64,000 bases of DNA from an uncultured Thermoplasmata archaeon. Its GTDB lineage: Archaea > Thermoplasmatota > DTKX01 > GCA-020343715. Numbering within the stretch: position 1 is the first letter of the stretch; the number at the start of each line of letters is the position of its first letter. Under the pieces are notes generated by a model, which saw only the letters and a program-made list of their open reading frames with translations, was not told where the DNA came from and did not search any database. Location: assembly GCA_965369625.1 (NCBI GenBank), contig CBDUQW010000006.1, positions 4,064 to 68,063 of the forward strand, written 5' to 3'. Both the position numbers and the translations under genes were made by a program. Below are positions 1-8,109 of the stretch, one piece after another.

Positions 1-1
1 C

Positions 2-478
2 AAGTTCGCCCACTACGTGGAGCACAAGCTCCCCGACGCCAAGGTCTTCGCCCTCCATACGGACGTGTGCGTGCCCGGCAAGACGCACCAGCGATTCCGG
101 GACAAGATGGTGGAGGGAGGCGCGAAGATGGTGTACGCCACCGATGTCAAGGTGGAGAAGGCCTCCGGGGGCATCAAGGTGGTGTACAAGGACGGGTCCG
201 GCAAGGCCTCGGACCTCAAGGTGGACATGGTGGTGCTGGCCCCGGCCTTCGTGCCCGCCGATGGCACAGAAGAGCTGGCCAAGGTTCTCGGCCTGCCCCT
301 CGACGGAAGCGGCTTCTTCGCCCACGGCGGGAACGGGGGGAGCATCGTATCGACGACCAAGGAGGGCATATTCGTTGCGGGCTGCGCCAGCGGCCCCAAG
401 GGGATATCCCAGGTCGTCATGGAGGCCGACATGGCCGTGGCAACGATGGTCACCCGGTCCGACACGGAGGTGAGCTGA
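2..478 (+). CDS. HdrA-like flavoprotein, 3' fragment (gene begins upstream of the window)
   Basis: The reading frame is open from position 2 and the listed ORF 17..478 is its tail. The C-terminal motif VAGCASGPKGISQVV matches the VYLAGCASGP motif at the same relative position in the downstream HdrA-like gene. The stop is immediately followed by the next hdrA-like start. Confidence 0.6.
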   Translation, partial: KFAHYVEHKLPDAKVFALHTDVCVPGKTHQRFRDKMVEGGAKMVYATDVKVEKASGGIKVVYKDGSGKASDLKVDMVVLAPAFVPADGTEELAKVLGLPLDGSGFFAHGGNGGSIVSTTKEGIFVAGCASGPKGISQVVMEADMAVATMVTRSDTEVS

Positions 479-2170
479 ATGTCGCGCAGGATCGGTTTCT
501 TCATCTGCGAGTGCGGTCCGAACATCGGGGAGGCCATCGACATCGATGCTGTCCTCAACGCCGTGGAGGGCATGGACGACATCGTGGTGGCCGCCAGGTT
601 CGGGTTGCTCTGCTCCGGTGACGGGAAGGAGTTCCTCAAGGTCAACATAGAGACCGAGAAGCTGACCCATCTCGTGGTGGCCGCGTGCTCACCCAAGCAG
701 CACGAGCTGACCTTCATGGAGGTGTGCCAGGAGGCGGAGATCAACCCCTTCCTCTTCCAGCTCGCGAACATCCGCGAACAGGTGGCCTGGGTCACCAAGG
801 ACAAACAGGAGGCGACGGAGAAGGCGATCCGCCTGTGCAAGGCCGCCATCCGACGGGTCCGGTACCACGACCCCCTGATGAAGACCGAGCTTGCCGTCAA
901 CGCGGACGTCCTCGTGATCGGTGGTGGCGTCGCCGGCATGACCGCCGCGCTGCGCATGGTCTCTCCCGAGAGGCGGGTGCACCTGGTGGAACTGACCTCA
1001 CAGCTGGGTGGGAAGGTCGCGAGGTACGACTCCGTCTATCCCACCATGACCAGTGGCAAGGAGATGACCGAGGCCATGGTGGAGAGGGTGGAGGCCAGCG
1101 ACCGGATCGACGTGTACATGGATTCCGAGGTCTCGGTGGTGGTAGGGTTCTTCGGCAACTTCGAGGTGGTCGTCACGGGCCAGCAGGAGGATGGAGGGAC
1201 CAAGGACACCAAGGTGAACGTCGGGGCGGTCGTGGTCGCCACGGGCGCCGAGATGCTGGCCGGAGGCCCCCTTGAAGGATTCGGGCACGGCACCGTGGAC
1301 GGCGTCGTGACCTCCGCGGAGCTGGAGGCCATGCTCGCCTCCGGCGAGGTCGTCGGCAGGGGAGGCAATGCCCCAACGAGGGTGGCCATCGTCCAGTGCG
1401 TCGGCAGGGACGAGGTGGGCTACTGTTCCGAGGTGTGCTGCATGTACTCGGCCAAGCACGCCCGGCTCCTCACGGAGAGGCTGAAGGGTGCCGAGGTCCA
1501 CGTGGTCCACGGGGACCTCTGTGTCCCCGGCAGGGACCAGCAGGCCTTCGTCTCGGGAGCCGAGGAGGCGGGGGCGAGGATGGTCAGGGCCTCCTCCGTC
1601 GAGGTCAAGGACGCCAAGGGAGGCATCGATGTGAGCCACGCCTTCGGTGGCTCGAAACCGGGTAAGCTGGAGGTCGACATGGTCGTCCTGTCCCCCGCGA
1701 TGGTGCCCGCCGAGGGCACGGACCTGATGGCGGAGATGCTGAACGTCGGCCTGGACCCCTCGGGCTTCCTCCTGGAGGCCCACGAGAAGCTGGACCCCAT
1801 GGCCACGGGGATAGACGGTGTCTACCTGGCAGGCTGTGCATCGGGACCTCGTTCGATAGGCGACTCCGTCGTCCAGGCCGAGGCCTGCGCGGGAAGGATC
1901 CTGTCCTCCCTGGTACCTGGCAGGACCATCGAGCCCGAGATCAGGGTGTCCCACATCCTCGAGACCCTCTGCACCGGCTGCCAGACCTGTCTGGAGGTCT
2001 GCTGCTACGGTGCCATCGTGTACGACCCCCTCAAGAACGTCTCAACGATCAACGAGGCCATCTGCCGGGGTTGCGGCAACTGCGTCGCCGCGTGCCCATC
2101 CAGTGCCATCACGCTGTACCACTTCACATACAAGCAGATCTACCAGGAGATCGAGGAGGCGATACGATGA
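479..2170 (+). CDS. hdrA: Heterodisulfide reductase subunit A-like FAD/FeS flavoprotein (HdrA/QmoA family)
   Basis: 563 aa. It has a GGGVAGMTAA FAD/NAD(P) Rossmann motif, an N-terminal Cys-rich domain (FFICECGPN) and a C-terminal 4Fe-4S ferredoxin motif (CTGCQTCLEVC ... CRGCGNCVAACP). GGAGGTGAG ribosome-binding site sits 5 nt upstream of the ATG. Confidence 0.8.
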   Translation: MSRRIGFFICECGPNIGEAIDIDAVLNAVEGMDDIVVAARFGLLCSGDGKEFLKVNIETEKLTHLVVAACSPKQHELTFMEVCQEAEINPFLFQLANIREQVAWVTKDKQEATEKAIRLCKAAIRRVRYHDPLMKTELAVNADVLVIGGGVAGMTAALRMVSPERRVHLVELTSQLGGKVARYDSVYPTMTSGKEMTEAMVERVEASDRIDVYMDSEVSVVVGFFGNFEVVVTGQQEDGGTKDTKVNVGAVVVATGAEMLAGGPLEGFGHGTVDGVVTSAELEAMLASGEVVGRGGNAPTRVAIVQCVGRDEVGYCSEVCCMYSAKHARLLTERLKGAEVHVVHGDLCVPGRDQQAFVSGAEEAGARMVRASSVEVKDAKGGIDVSHAFGGSKPGKLEVDMVVLSPAMVPAEGTDLMAEMLNVGLDPSGFLLEAHEKLDPMATGIDGVYLAGCASGPRSIGDSVVQAEACAGRILSSLVPGRTIEPEIRVSHILETLCTGCQTCLEVCCYGAIVYDPLKNVSTINEAICRGCGNCVAACPSSAITLYHFTYKQIYQEIEEAIR

Positions 2171-3288
2171 AGGACGGCCACAAGGGGATGGGGGTCCTCC
2201 TCGACGCCCCCGACGGGCCCAACGCGGCCATCCGCGAGATGCTGAGACAGGGTCACGAGCGCGGGGCCTGCGACGCCATACTGGTCCCCATGCGGGTCCC
2301 CTCCGGCGATTCCTACATGCACGTCCTGGTCGACGACACCGACATGCTGGACCGGGCCGCCCCCATCTCTCCCATCCTCACGGTGCAGGGAGCGAAGGCC
2401 GTCACCAGCATCACCAGGCGCGGTGACGAGGGCGTCTGCATCGCGGCCGTGATGCGGCCGTGCGAGGCCGAGGCCGCCATCGAGCTCCGGAAGCTGTTCC
2501 AGGTCGACATGGAGCACATCACCATCATCACCATGGACAGCCCGGGGGCCGTGCCGCTCCAGGACTACGCCCGGGACCCCGAGGAGGGGGAGCGGGTGTT
2601 CGAGGAGGCCTTTGCCAAGTGGGACGATTCTGCCATGCGGCCCATCTGCCAGACCTGCGAGAAGTCCAACTCGGCCGTGGGCGACCTGCACCTGGGTCTC
2701 CGGGGCGTGGAGAAGGGCAAGATCCTTGTCATACCCCAGGGCGAAAAGGGGTTGGAGGCGATAGCCAAGCTGGGCTTCACGCCCGACCACCCCATAGACG
2801 AGTGGAAGAAGGCCTCCGACAAGGCGATGGCCATCAAGAGGGAGGCCCTCAAGGTGGCCCACGAGAACCTGAGGGAACGGGCCGCCGGCCTCGAGGGCCT
2901 CCTGGACATCCTCGGCGCGTGCATCAACTGCCACAACTGCATGCGCGTGTGCCCCATCTGCTACTGCAAGCAGTGCACGTTCGATTCGCCCGAGCTCCGG
3001 AACACGTCCTCGGACTACCTGGACAGGGCCGACCGATCGGGGAGCCTGCGCATGCCCAGCGACATGCTGCAGTTCCACCTGGGCAGGATGAGCCACATGG
3101 CGCTCTCCTGCGTCTCGTGCGGCGCGTGCGAGGACGCCTGTCCCACGGGGGTCCCGGTGGCCCAGCTGTTCTCCCTGGTCGCCCAGGACGCCCAGGAGAG
3201 GTTCGAGTACGCTCCGGGACGCAGCTCAGAGGAGAAACGACCGCTGGTGACATTCCAGTTCGAGGAATTCTCCGAGGTGGAGGAGTGA
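2167..3288 (+). CDS. Hdr-associated iron-sulfur protein, 2x[4Fe-4S] (FrhB/FdhB- or HdrC-like)
   Basis: The ATG at 2167 overlaps the hdrA stop (ATGA). Motifs CINCHNCMRVCPICYC and CVSCGACEDACP are two ferredoxin-type clusters. The product is paralogous to the next ORF. Confidence 0.65.
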   Translation: MKDGHKGMGVLLDAPDGPNAAIREMLRQGHERGACDAILVPMRVPSGDSYMHVLVDDTDMLDRAAPISPILTVQGAKAVTSITRRGDEGVCIAAVMRPCEAEAAIELRKLFQVDMEHITIITMDSPGAVPLQDYARDPEEGERVFEEAFAKWDDSAMRPICQTCEKSNSAVGDLHLGLRGVEKGKILVIPQGEKGLEAIAKLGFTPDHPIDEWKKASDKAMAIKREALKVAHENLRERAAGLEGLLDILGACINCHNCMRVCPICYCKQCTFDSPELRNTSSDYLDRADRSGSLRMPSDMLQFHLGRMSHMALSCVSCGACEDACPTGVPVAQLFSLVAQDAQERFEYAPGRSSEEKRPLVTFQFEEFSEVEE

Positions 3289-3290
3289 CC

Positions 3291-4403
3291 ATGACCGACA
3301 CCATCACCATCGGAAGACCCCTGGACGAGGGCATGAGGCTCCTCCTGACCAAGTTGCTGGAGGAGGGAAGGGTCAGGGCCGTCGTGGCCCTGAGACGCCT
3401 GGAGCAGGGGGGAGGTGTCGCCTACAGCCTCATCTCCGACCCCGACGCCCTCGCCGAGGCCGAGCCGCTGTTCCCCGTGATGCCCACTCAGGGGGGCCAG
3501 GTGCTCTCCCACCTGACCCAGGAGGAGGCATTCCGGGACCCCGTCGCCGCCGTGGTGCGGCCGTGCGAGGTCCGGGCCTTCAACGAGCTGGTCAAGAGGA
3601 ACAAGGGCTTCTTGGAGAACCTGGTCCTCATCAGTCCCGAGTGCCCAGGCGTCTTCCCGGTCCAGAGGGCCTCGGGAGACCCGATGGACAAGGAGCTCGC
3701 GGCCTACTGGAAGGCCACCTCCGAGGGCAAGGGTGCCGAGGGGCTCAGACCGGTCTGCACCGGTTGCGAGCTGTTCGAGCCCATGGGCGTCGACATCACC
3801 GTCCGGCTGGTGGGGAGGGGGGACCTGGACAAGGGCCTCACCCTCCGCATCGACTCCGAGAGGGCCGGGGAGCTGGTGAAGGGCCTGGGGCTGGGCAAGG
3901 CGAAGGACGACGGGAAGGACCCCAAGGGACTGGAGGCCTTCAGGGAGATGCGCGCCCAGGGTCGGACCGCCCTGCGTGAGGAATTGGAGTTCACCGGGGA
4001 GGACATGGCCGAGTTCATCGCCACCTTCGGCAAGTGCATCTCGTGCCACGCATGCTCCAAGGTCTGCCCCATCTGCTACTGCCAGATGTGCTACTTCGAG
4101 GCGAAGGCGGCCTCCGCCGGGCCCACATGGTGGCGCAACGACCTCAAGAGGAAGGGGGCCACACGAGCGCCTCCCGGGACCGTCTTCTTCCACGTGGGGA
4201 GGTTGCTCCACATGAGCATCTCCTGCGTCTCGTGCGGCATGTGCGAGGACGTGTGTCCAGTGGACATCCCCGTGGCCAGGATATTCAAGAAGGTGGGCGA
4301 GGCCAGCCAGGAGGTCTTCGGGTACGTCCCGGGCAGGGACGCGGAGGAGGAGATCCCCATCAAGACCTTCGTCGAGGACGAGCTGCACGAGGTGGAGAGG
4401 TAG
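3291..4403 (+). CDS. Hdr-associated iron-sulfur protein, paralogue (2x[4Fe-4S])
   Basis: ATG at 3291 follows a GAGGTGGAGGAG ribosome-binding site. Motifs CISCHACSKVCPICYC and CVSCGMCEDVCP have the same architecture as the preceding gene. The listed ORF 2460..4403 is a read-through extension. Confidence 0.65.
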   Translation: MTDTITIGRPLDEGMRLLLTKLLEEGRVRAVVALRRLEQGGGVAYSLISDPDALAEAEPLFPVMPTQGGQVLSHLTQEEAFRDPVAAVVRPCEVRAFNELVKRNKGFLENLVLISPECPGVFPVQRASGDPMDKELAAYWKATSEGKGAEGLRPVCTGCELFEPMGVDITVRLVGRGDLDKGLTLRIDSERAGELVKGLGLGKAKDDGKDPKGLEAFREMRAQGRTALREELEFTGEDMAEFIATFGKCISCHACSKVCPICYCQMCYFEAKAASAGPTWWRNDLKRKGATRAPPGTVFFHVGRLLHMSISCVSCGMCEDVCPVDIPVARIFKKVGEASQEVFGYVPGRDAEEEIPIKTFVEDELHEVER

Positions 4404-4415
4404 GGAGGTGACGAT

Positions 4416-4859
4416 ATGGCCGATACCAAGATGAAGGAAGCCGAGTACGAACCGAAGATCCTGTCGTTCTGCTGCAACTGGTGCTCCTACGCGGGCGCCG
4501 ACCTGGCCGGCGTGAGCCGGCTCCAGATGCCGGCCCACTTCCGCACCATCCGGGTCATGTGCTCCAGCCGCGTCAATCCCGTTTACGTGGTCACCGCCCT
4601 CGAGCGTGGCGCCGACGGGGTCATCGTTACGGGGTGCCACCCCGGAGACTGCCACTACGCCCGGGGGAACTACTTCACCCGGAGGCGCCAGGCCCTCCTC
4701 GAGAAGGTCCTCGAGGAGATAGGGTTCGACAAGGACCGGGTCATGCTGCGCTGGATCTCAGCCTCCGAGGGCCCCGAGTTCGCCAGCACCATGAAGGAGT
4801 TCGACACCACGATCAAGGCCAAGGGGAAGAACCCCCTGAGCGAAGAGGTGTTCCTCTAG
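4416..4859 (+). CDS. mvhD: MvhD/FlpD-like [2Fe-2S] protein (methyl-viologen-reducing hydrogenase delta subunit family)
   Basis: 147 aa. Cys pattern FCCNWCSY...MCSSR...GCHPGDCHY is typical of MvhD. It lies directly downstream of the hdrA-like genes, and a GGGAGGTGA ribosome-binding site precedes the ATG. Confidence 0.75.
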   Translation: MADTKMKEAEYEPKILSFCCNWCSYAGADLAGVSRLQMPAHFRTIRVMCSSRVNPVYVVTALERGADGVIVTGCHPGDCHYARGNYFTRRRQALLEKVLEEIGFDKDRVMLRWISASEGPEFASTMKEFDTTIKAKGKNPLSEEVFL

Positions 4860-4883
4860 GGCCCTTGGAAGGATGACCCGACA

Positions 4884-4931
4884 GGTGGGCATGGAAGCCG
4901 GTGGGCATGGAAGCCGGTGGGCATGGAAGCC
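4884..4931. repeat. Perfect 3 x 16-bp tandem direct repeat (GGTGGGCATGGAAGCC)
   Basis: Three identical head-to-tail copies at 4884-4899, 4900-4915 and 4916-4931. They lie in the convergent gap between mvhD (ends 4859) and the minus-strand dehydrogenase; the last copy abuts or overlaps its stop codon. Confidence 0.8.
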
Positions 4932-5896
4932 TAGGCGAACTTGCGCTCCAGGTTCTCCAGCATGTCCACCGTCATCTTCTCCAGGTCGTACTCCGGTGCC
5001 CAGCCCCACTCCTCGCGGGCAGCGCTGTCGTCGATGGAGTCCGGCCAGGAGTCGGCTATGGCCTGGCGGAAGTCGGGCTCGTACTCCACCTCGAACTCGG
5101 GGTAGTGGGCCTTGATGGACTCGGCGATCTCCGCCGGTGAGTTGGAGAACGCGGTGACGTTGAAGTCGCAGTGGTGAGTGAGGTCCTCCACCGGGGCGAG
5201 GGCCAGGTCGATCATGGACTTGAGGCAGTCGGGCATGTACATCAGCGGGAGGCGGGTGTCCTCCTTGACGAAGCAGGTGTACCGCCTCTTCTGGACGGCC
5301 TCGTAGTAGATGGCCACCGAGTAGTCGGTGGTGCCGCCCCCCGGGAGCGTCTTCCAGGACACGATGCCGGGAAGGCGCATGCCGCGCACGTCCAGGCCGT
5401 ACTTGTAGAAGTAGTAGTCGCCCAGGATCTCGCCGGCCACCTTGGTCACGCCGTACATCGTCTTGGGCTTCAGGATGGTGTCGTTGGGGGTGTTGACCAG
5501 GGGCGTCTCGGGGCCGAAGGCCGCGATGGAGCTGGGGTTGACGACCTGGCGCATCTCCTTGGCCCTGGCAACCTCCAGGATGTTGATGAAGCCGTTCATG
5601 TTCACGTCCCAGCAAAGCTGGGGCTTCTGCTCGCCCACGGCGGACAGGATGGCCGCCATGTTGAACACGGTGTCGATGTCGTACTTCTCCACCAGGTCGG
5701 AGACCTCGTCGAAGTCCTGGATGCGGATCTTCTCCATCGGACCCGTGGAGGTCAGCTCGTCGGAGGGCAGCGTCCTGTGGAAGGTGCCTACCACGTTGTC
5801 GTTGCCGTAGCGGTCGCGCAGTTCCATGACCAGCTCGGAGCCTATCTGGCCCACCGAACCGGTCACGAGTATCCTCTTCATCGGCCTGTCACCCAT
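4931..5896 (-). CDS. tdh: L-threonine 3-dehydrogenase, NAD-dependent epimerase/SDR type
   Basis: N-terminus KRILVTGSVGQIGSEL is a Rossmann motif. Catalytic YxxxK is present in TMYGVTKVAGE. The fold is UDP-glucose-4-epimerase-like. An alternative start lies at the second ATG (5881). Confidence 0.7.
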   Translation of the reverse strand: MGDRPMKRILVTGSVGQIGSELVMELRDRYGNDNVVGTFHRTLPSDELTSTGPMEKIRIQDFDEVSDLVEKYDIDTVFNMAAILSAVGEQKPQLCWDVNMNGFINILEVARAKEMRQVVNPSSIAAFGPETPLVNTPNDTILKPKTMYGVTKVAGEILGDYYFYKYGLDVRGMRLPGIVSWKTLPGGGTTDYSVAIYYEAVQKRRYTCFVKEDTRLPLMYMPDCLKSMIDLALAPVEDLTHHCDFNVTAFSNSPAEIAESIKAHYPEFEVEYEPDFRQAIADSWPDSIDDSAAREEWGWAPEYDLEKMTVDMLENLERKFA

Positions 5897-6067
5897 GTCA
5901 TCACCAATCGAATGTGAGTCCCCATCCGGGACCGCCTCCCCGGCGGGCCACGAGGGAATTTCGAAATCCCATCCCCGGTATTATAAGTTACCTCTCCAGC
6001 AGAGGTGAATGTGGCCCTCGCTCAACTATGTTGAATAGGCCATCTCCGAAGATCGGAGGATGGCGGA

Positions 6068-6265
6068 TCACTTACTGTCCTCGGGTGCGACGCCAATGGC
6101 CTCCCCCAGCAGTGTAAGGGTGCCTATGAACGTGAACATGAAGCCAGCCCCGAGGAGCTCGGAGATGGGGCCAGCGGAAGTGCTGTTCACCCAGAAGTAG
6201 GCGATGATGCATATCACGCCCGTCACGAGCAGAATGACGCCTGCGTTCAATCTCGATATCTCCAC
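6068..6265 (-). CDS. Small membrane protein (two predicted transmembrane helices)
   Basis: 65 aa with two hydrophobic stretches. GTG start with GGTGG 4 nt upstream. No homology assignment is possible from sequence alone. Confidence 0.35.
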   Translation of the reverse strand: MEISRLNAGVILLVTGVICIIAYFWVNSTSAGPISELLGAGFMFTFIGTLTLLGEAIGVAPEDSK

Positions 6266-6363
6266 CGGACCACCCCCTGGTCCTGGACCTGATGGGATTA
6301 TTAGGGCGCATCGGCCATATCAAGGGTTCGACCCGATTCTCACACATTCACAATCCCCCCCGC

Positions 6364-6378
6364 GAAAGCTATATACGC
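6364..6378 (+). promoter_or_regulatory. BRE/TATA promoter (GAAAGCTATATAC) for the ABC transporter; the transcript is predicted to be leaderless
   Basis: The TATA box sits about 25-30 nt upstream of the ATG at 6401, so the transcription start should coincide with the start codon. No ribosome-binding site is present. Confidence 0.55.
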
Positions 6379-6400
6379 TGCGCCACCATCCGCCCCCAAG

Positions 6401-7339
6401 ATGGACGACGACGTGGTGATCCGCCTCCAAGGGCTCACCAAGAGGTTCGACGACCTGGTCGCGGTGGACGGGGTGGACCTGGACATCCCCCGGGGCGAGA
6501 TATTCGGGCTGCTGGGACCCAACGGGGCGGGCAAGACGACCATCATCCGAATGCTGGGTGGGCTGTCGCTTCCCACCGCCGGTGGAGCCACGGTGCTGGG
6601 CTACGACATCGTCAAGGACACCAGCGAGGTCAAGAGCCGCATCGGCGTGGTGCCCCAGAACAACGTCCTGGACCGGGACATCAACGTGCGGCAGAACCTC
6701 AGCTACCACGCCAAGCTCCACGGCATCCCGGGGGATGAGATCGATGCCAAGATCGACGAGGTGCTGACCTTCACCGAGCTGACGGCGAAGCGGGACTCGA
6801 AGATCGACGAGCTATCGGGCGGCATGAAGCGGCGCCTGGTCGTCGCCAAGGCCATGATGCACTCGCCCGAGGTGTTCATCCTGGACGAGCCCACCACCGG
6901 CCTGGACCCCCAGTCCCGCCGGCTGGTCTGGGACAAGGTCATGTCCCTCCGGGACGCCGGCATCACCATCATCCTGACCACCCACTACATGGACGAGGCG
7001 GACGCCCTGTGTGACAACATTGCCATCATCGACGATGGCAGGATCATCGCCCAGGGCACGCCCGAGGAGCTGAAGGCGAGCCTGGGCCACGAGACGGTGC
7101 TGGTGGCGAAGGTCCACGACGGGGCCCGGGAGCGCGTCCTGGCCTCCCTCGAGGGCACGTCCTTCTCCCAGGACATGACCCTGGAGGGCGACATGCTCTA
7201 CATCCGCACGAAGGACAAGAAGGCGGCCGCGGCCCACCTGCTGACGGACTTCGTGGACGACATCGAGACCCTCCAGTTCCGCGAGCCCACCCTGGAGGAC
7301 GTCTTCATCGAGCTGACGGGGAGGGAATTGCGGGAATGA
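6401..7339 (+). CDS. ABC transporter ATP-binding protein (ABC-2/DrrA-like exporter family)
   Basis: Walker A GPNGAGKTT, ABC signature LSGGMKRR and Walker B ILDEPTTGLD. Confidence 0.9.
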   Translation: MDDDVVIRLQGLTKRFDDLVAVDGVDLDIPRGEIFGLLGPNGAGKTTIIRMLGGLSLPTAGGATVLGYDIVKDTSEVKSRIGVVPQNNVLDRDINVRQNLSYHAKLHGIPGDEIDAKIDEVLTFTELTAKRDSKIDELSGGMKRRLVVAKAMMHSPEVFILDEPTTGLDPQSRRLVWDKVMSLRDAGITIILTTHYMDEADALCDNIAIIDDGRIIAQGTPEELKASLGHETVLVAKVHDGARERVLASLEGTSFSQDMTLEGDMLYIRTKDKKAAAAHLLTDFVDDIETLQFREPTLEDVFIELTGRELRE

Positions 7340-8103
7340 TCAGCCGCCACCGGGTCTGGGCCATCGTGGAGAAGGAGATGTTCGTCTTCTTCAAGTACTT
7401 CCACTCCGAGGTGTCCTTCGCCGTCCTCTTCCCCGTCTTCATGATCTGGACCATGGGCATCGGCCTGGGCGACGCCGAGATCGACTGGCTCCCCGAGGGG
7501 GTCAGCTACGTGGCGTTCATCATGCCGGGGCTAATCATGATGACGGTCATCTCCACCGGCTTCTTCAACACCGGCTTCGTCATCATGTTCGAAAAAGAGT
7601 ACAGCGACGCCTTCGACGGCCTGGTCCAGACGCCCGTCACCACCGAGGAGATCGCCCTGGCCAAGATCCTCGCCGGGACCATCAAGTCCCTCATCAACGG
7701 CCTCATCTCCATGCTGGTGGTGATGGTGCTCGTGGACGTCGACCTCACGTCGAGCTGGATACTGCTTCCAGTGCTCTTCGCCGCCGCCGGTTTCTTCTTC
7801 AGCTGCATCGGCCTGGCGATGGGAACCTGGCTCAAGAGGGGCTACCAATTGGGCACCCTGGGCAACCTGCTCATCTTCCCCTTGACCTTCTTCGGGGGCC
7901 TGTTCTTCGCCGTCAGCGAGCTGCCCGAGAACCTCCAGATCATCGTGAACATCAACCCCGTCACCTGGATGATCACGGCCATGCGGGAGATAACCCTCGC
8001 AGGCAGCTGGGACGTGGGGCTGGAGATGTTTGGGATAATCCTCATCTGCATCCCCCTCTACCTGGGAGCCTGGTGGCTGTTCCGTAGGCTCGTCATCAAC
8101 TGA
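7336..8103 (+). CDS. ABC-2 type transporter permease
   Basis: 255 aa with six hydrophobic segments. Its start overlaps the ATPase stop (ATGA). Confidence 0.8.
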   Translation: MISRHRVWAIVEKEMFVFFKYFHSEVSFAVLFPVFMIWTMGIGLGDAEIDWLPEGVSYVAFIMPGLIMMTVISTGFFNTGFVIMFEKEYSDAFDGLVQTPVTTEEIALAKILAGTIKSLINGLISMLVVMVLVDVDLTSSWILLPVLFAAAGFFFSCIGLAMGTWLKRGYQLGTLGNLLIFPLTFFGGLFFAVSELPENLQIIVNINPVTWMITAMREITLAGSWDVGLEMFGIILICIPLYLGAWWLFRRLVIN

Positions 8104-8109
8104 CGTGGG

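Noticed and set aside
998-1954. Long minus-strand ORFs (998..1954, 2140..3096, 3015..4655) overlapping the hdr genes
   Set aside because: They run antisense to well-supported FeS/flavoprotein genes. Composition is Gly/Arg/His/Val-rich with no motifs, the typical shadow ORF of GC-rich DNA.
2460-3290. Upstream extension of the second FeS protein ORF (listed 2460..4403)
   Set aside because: The extension is an overlapping frame of the first FeS gene. A ribosome-binding site plus ATG at 3291, directly after the first gene's stop, gives a protein collinear with its paralogue.
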